This document shows, piece by piece, positions 61,986 through 64,000 of a DNA stretch of 64,000 nt. A program made the position numbers and the translations under genes. Within the stretch, counting starts at the first letter, position 1. Every line of letters begins with the position of its first letter. The stretch lies in assembly GCF_964194025.1 (NCBI RefSeq), contig NC_134477.1:3224001-3288000 (forward strand), in the 5' to 3' direction. Under the pieces are notes generated by a model, which worked only from the letters and a program-made list of their open reading frames with translations, was not told the DNA's origin and did not search any database. The DNA comes from Convolutriloba macropyga (lineage: Eukaryota).

Positions 61986-64000
61986 TCTGCACTTGAAAAT
62001 CTAATTGAAATTAGAACAATATATTGTAGAAAATTGTTTATAATAGAGACAGTATTGGTAGAACTTGAATTTGCCGGTTAGAATAGTTCAGTAAATCTGG
62101 TTGTGGTGCTCTTTGTAGGACAGGTACTAATAGTGATTTTGGCAAATCTTTGTTTACAATTTGAAAGCCTGAATGTTGCAGCAGTAAACATTATGTTTTC
62201 AGTTGTCTTTGTTTTTTGTATTTGCGTCTGGTGTAATTGCGTTTGACTCTGATTGTCGGTTTTTGTATTACAGATTGAAGGTTAAAGCGGGGAGGGTGTC
62301 CGGTTGGAAACTTTGATAGAATTAACGACCAATTAAGGTTGTTCTTCGTTTTCTTGATTTTGTGGTTTTTTAATGAAGAATTGAATGATCACTTTGTTTG
62401 CGCGGTTTATATTATGGCTCCAGTATTTATATTTGATGGTGCTTCGGTGACCGGAGATCCGTCAGGGAACGTTGGAAAAAATGAAAACAATGGAATATTT
62501 CAAAAGCAGTATTAGAGAGCAAAACAAGGATTAAAAGAGTTGACTGTGGTATTTTTACTCGGATTGCTCCAAAGTGATACTTTATTGTGATTTGAATGTG
62601 CTGATGAGATCTAGAAAGTCAAAAGAGAAATTTTCTTGAACACCGTTAAGTGCGTAGTCTTTTTTTCAAAAAAAATTATATTCACTTGAGTTGGCGCTGG
62701 CCATCCAACTTCAAAGTGTCATTAAAGTACTTTATAGTCTACGAGGCTGGAATATCTACTGGAATTAAAGTATAGGCTAAAATTGTCGAAAGTGTATGTG
62801 AGGATTTTGGATTAACATCAAAAATTGGATAGTTTGGAGAATAATGGAGAAAATTGGATAGTTCTGGAGATCACTAATATAAAAAACCCGGTTCACTTTT
62901 CTGACAACAATGTGAAATCTACGTTGATAAAAAATTTGTGAATTAATTTGTTTGTTTTTAATTTCTGTAAAATATCTTCTGAAGGCTTCTGCATAGGGGT
63001 TCTTTTACATAAAATCTCCAGCCGTTGCTTTGAGGCCATGCGAATAACAATTACTCTCGTCAATGTCGTGGTTTTTTTTGTGCTGGTGACAGAGAAATGT
63101 GTTTGCAAAGGAAAAGTGAGAGCTGTTGTGAGTCCAAACTTGAAACGTTTTTTTAAGATAGGACTGTGCTGTGACAGTTCTAGAATAAATGAGATCTTTG
63201 AAAGCAATTTTAGCTTTAAGAGTTGAGATAATAAGTGATTTTAGTCGATGCTGATTGGAATTACTCCAATTTTCTCCCATTGTTAAAAAAATTACCGAGC
63301 CTTATCTTGACAGATTAACGGAATTGTGGTGTTGCTCCCATAACGATCTGTGATAAAGTTGTCAATTTAGTTTTTGGTTAATTTGTCTCCCTTTATACCC
63401 AAGACGAACGGCCATGTTTTTCCTTTTTCCATTTCCTGATCGAGGTGATTTTGTGGTTGTGCTAAGATAGCAGGTGATAAATTATTCAAAAAACTTGGTT
63501 ATAGTTCGAAAGCGTTATTGTTCCAAAAGTTTATAAAACGTGGGTTATAGTTCTAAAACACTAAGCTTCGAATGATTTCTTCATCAAATTAAATTGCGAG
63601 TTTGGCCTGAAGTTTAAGCAAATCTTCGATACCTTACATCCAAGAACCTTTAAATTCTTCGCAAGCAAAGAACGCTTTATCAAAAAAATTATGTCAAATA
63701 ACTTATCAAAAAGATTTATGATAGGGGACCGACAACCAGGTGGTTTCTCGTCATGGGCTGAAAAAATTTCCGACGCAACTTTAACCCCTTGACCTCAAGG
63801 TTTCGGTTCCAAAAGCAAAGGTCTCTTTTGCTGAGAATGTAAGAGAGTTTTTTATTGCAGCGTTTTTGCCAAATTAGAAAACGATGCAACTGTTCGCAGT
63901 GACTGTAAACGATATTCTCAAAAACGATAAGATTGCTGACGGGATCTTCCATGACTTTGAACAATAATTGATAGGTATATGGATAATATTGAACCTGATA

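Noticed and set aside
63716-63964. LVVGP as a packaging-ATPase Walker A start
   Set aside because: No GxGK(S/T) follows.

Overview
AT-rich eukaryotic (animal-like) genomic DNA made mostly of transposons, with two assembly gaps. The main feature is a 12.4 kb, apparently intact and recently inserted Ty3/Gypsy LTR element on the minus strand (33090-45508). It has two 367-bp LTRs that read identical, a CAAA target-site duplication, a PBS and a PPT. Its organisation resembles a complex retrovirus: a single 2050-aa gag-pol ORF, a 752-aa envelope resembling chuvirus/gB-type (class III) glycoproteins rather than errantivirus env, and a third 587-aa orphan coiled-coil ORF. It also carries unusual cis-elements: (i) four 29-nt covarying stem-loops in the 5' leader; (ii) a compact internal Pol II promoter (2x CCAAT, CRE, TATA, Inr) directly upstream of env; (iii) a segment upstream of ORF3 complementary to the LTR poly(A)-signal region. 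The element lies antisense in intron 3 of a 4-exon host O-fucosyltransferase-like gene (17432-46189, +), reconstructed here by eye, whose model needs atypical splice donors. Also present: a decayed BEL/Pao element (2052-9577), two decayed Gypsy elements (20978-26885, 48435-54614), several MITE families, microsatellites, the probable 3' end of a small Cys-rich host gene, and two diverged copies of an unclassified large repeat at the right end. All family assignments come from motif recognition, not database searches.
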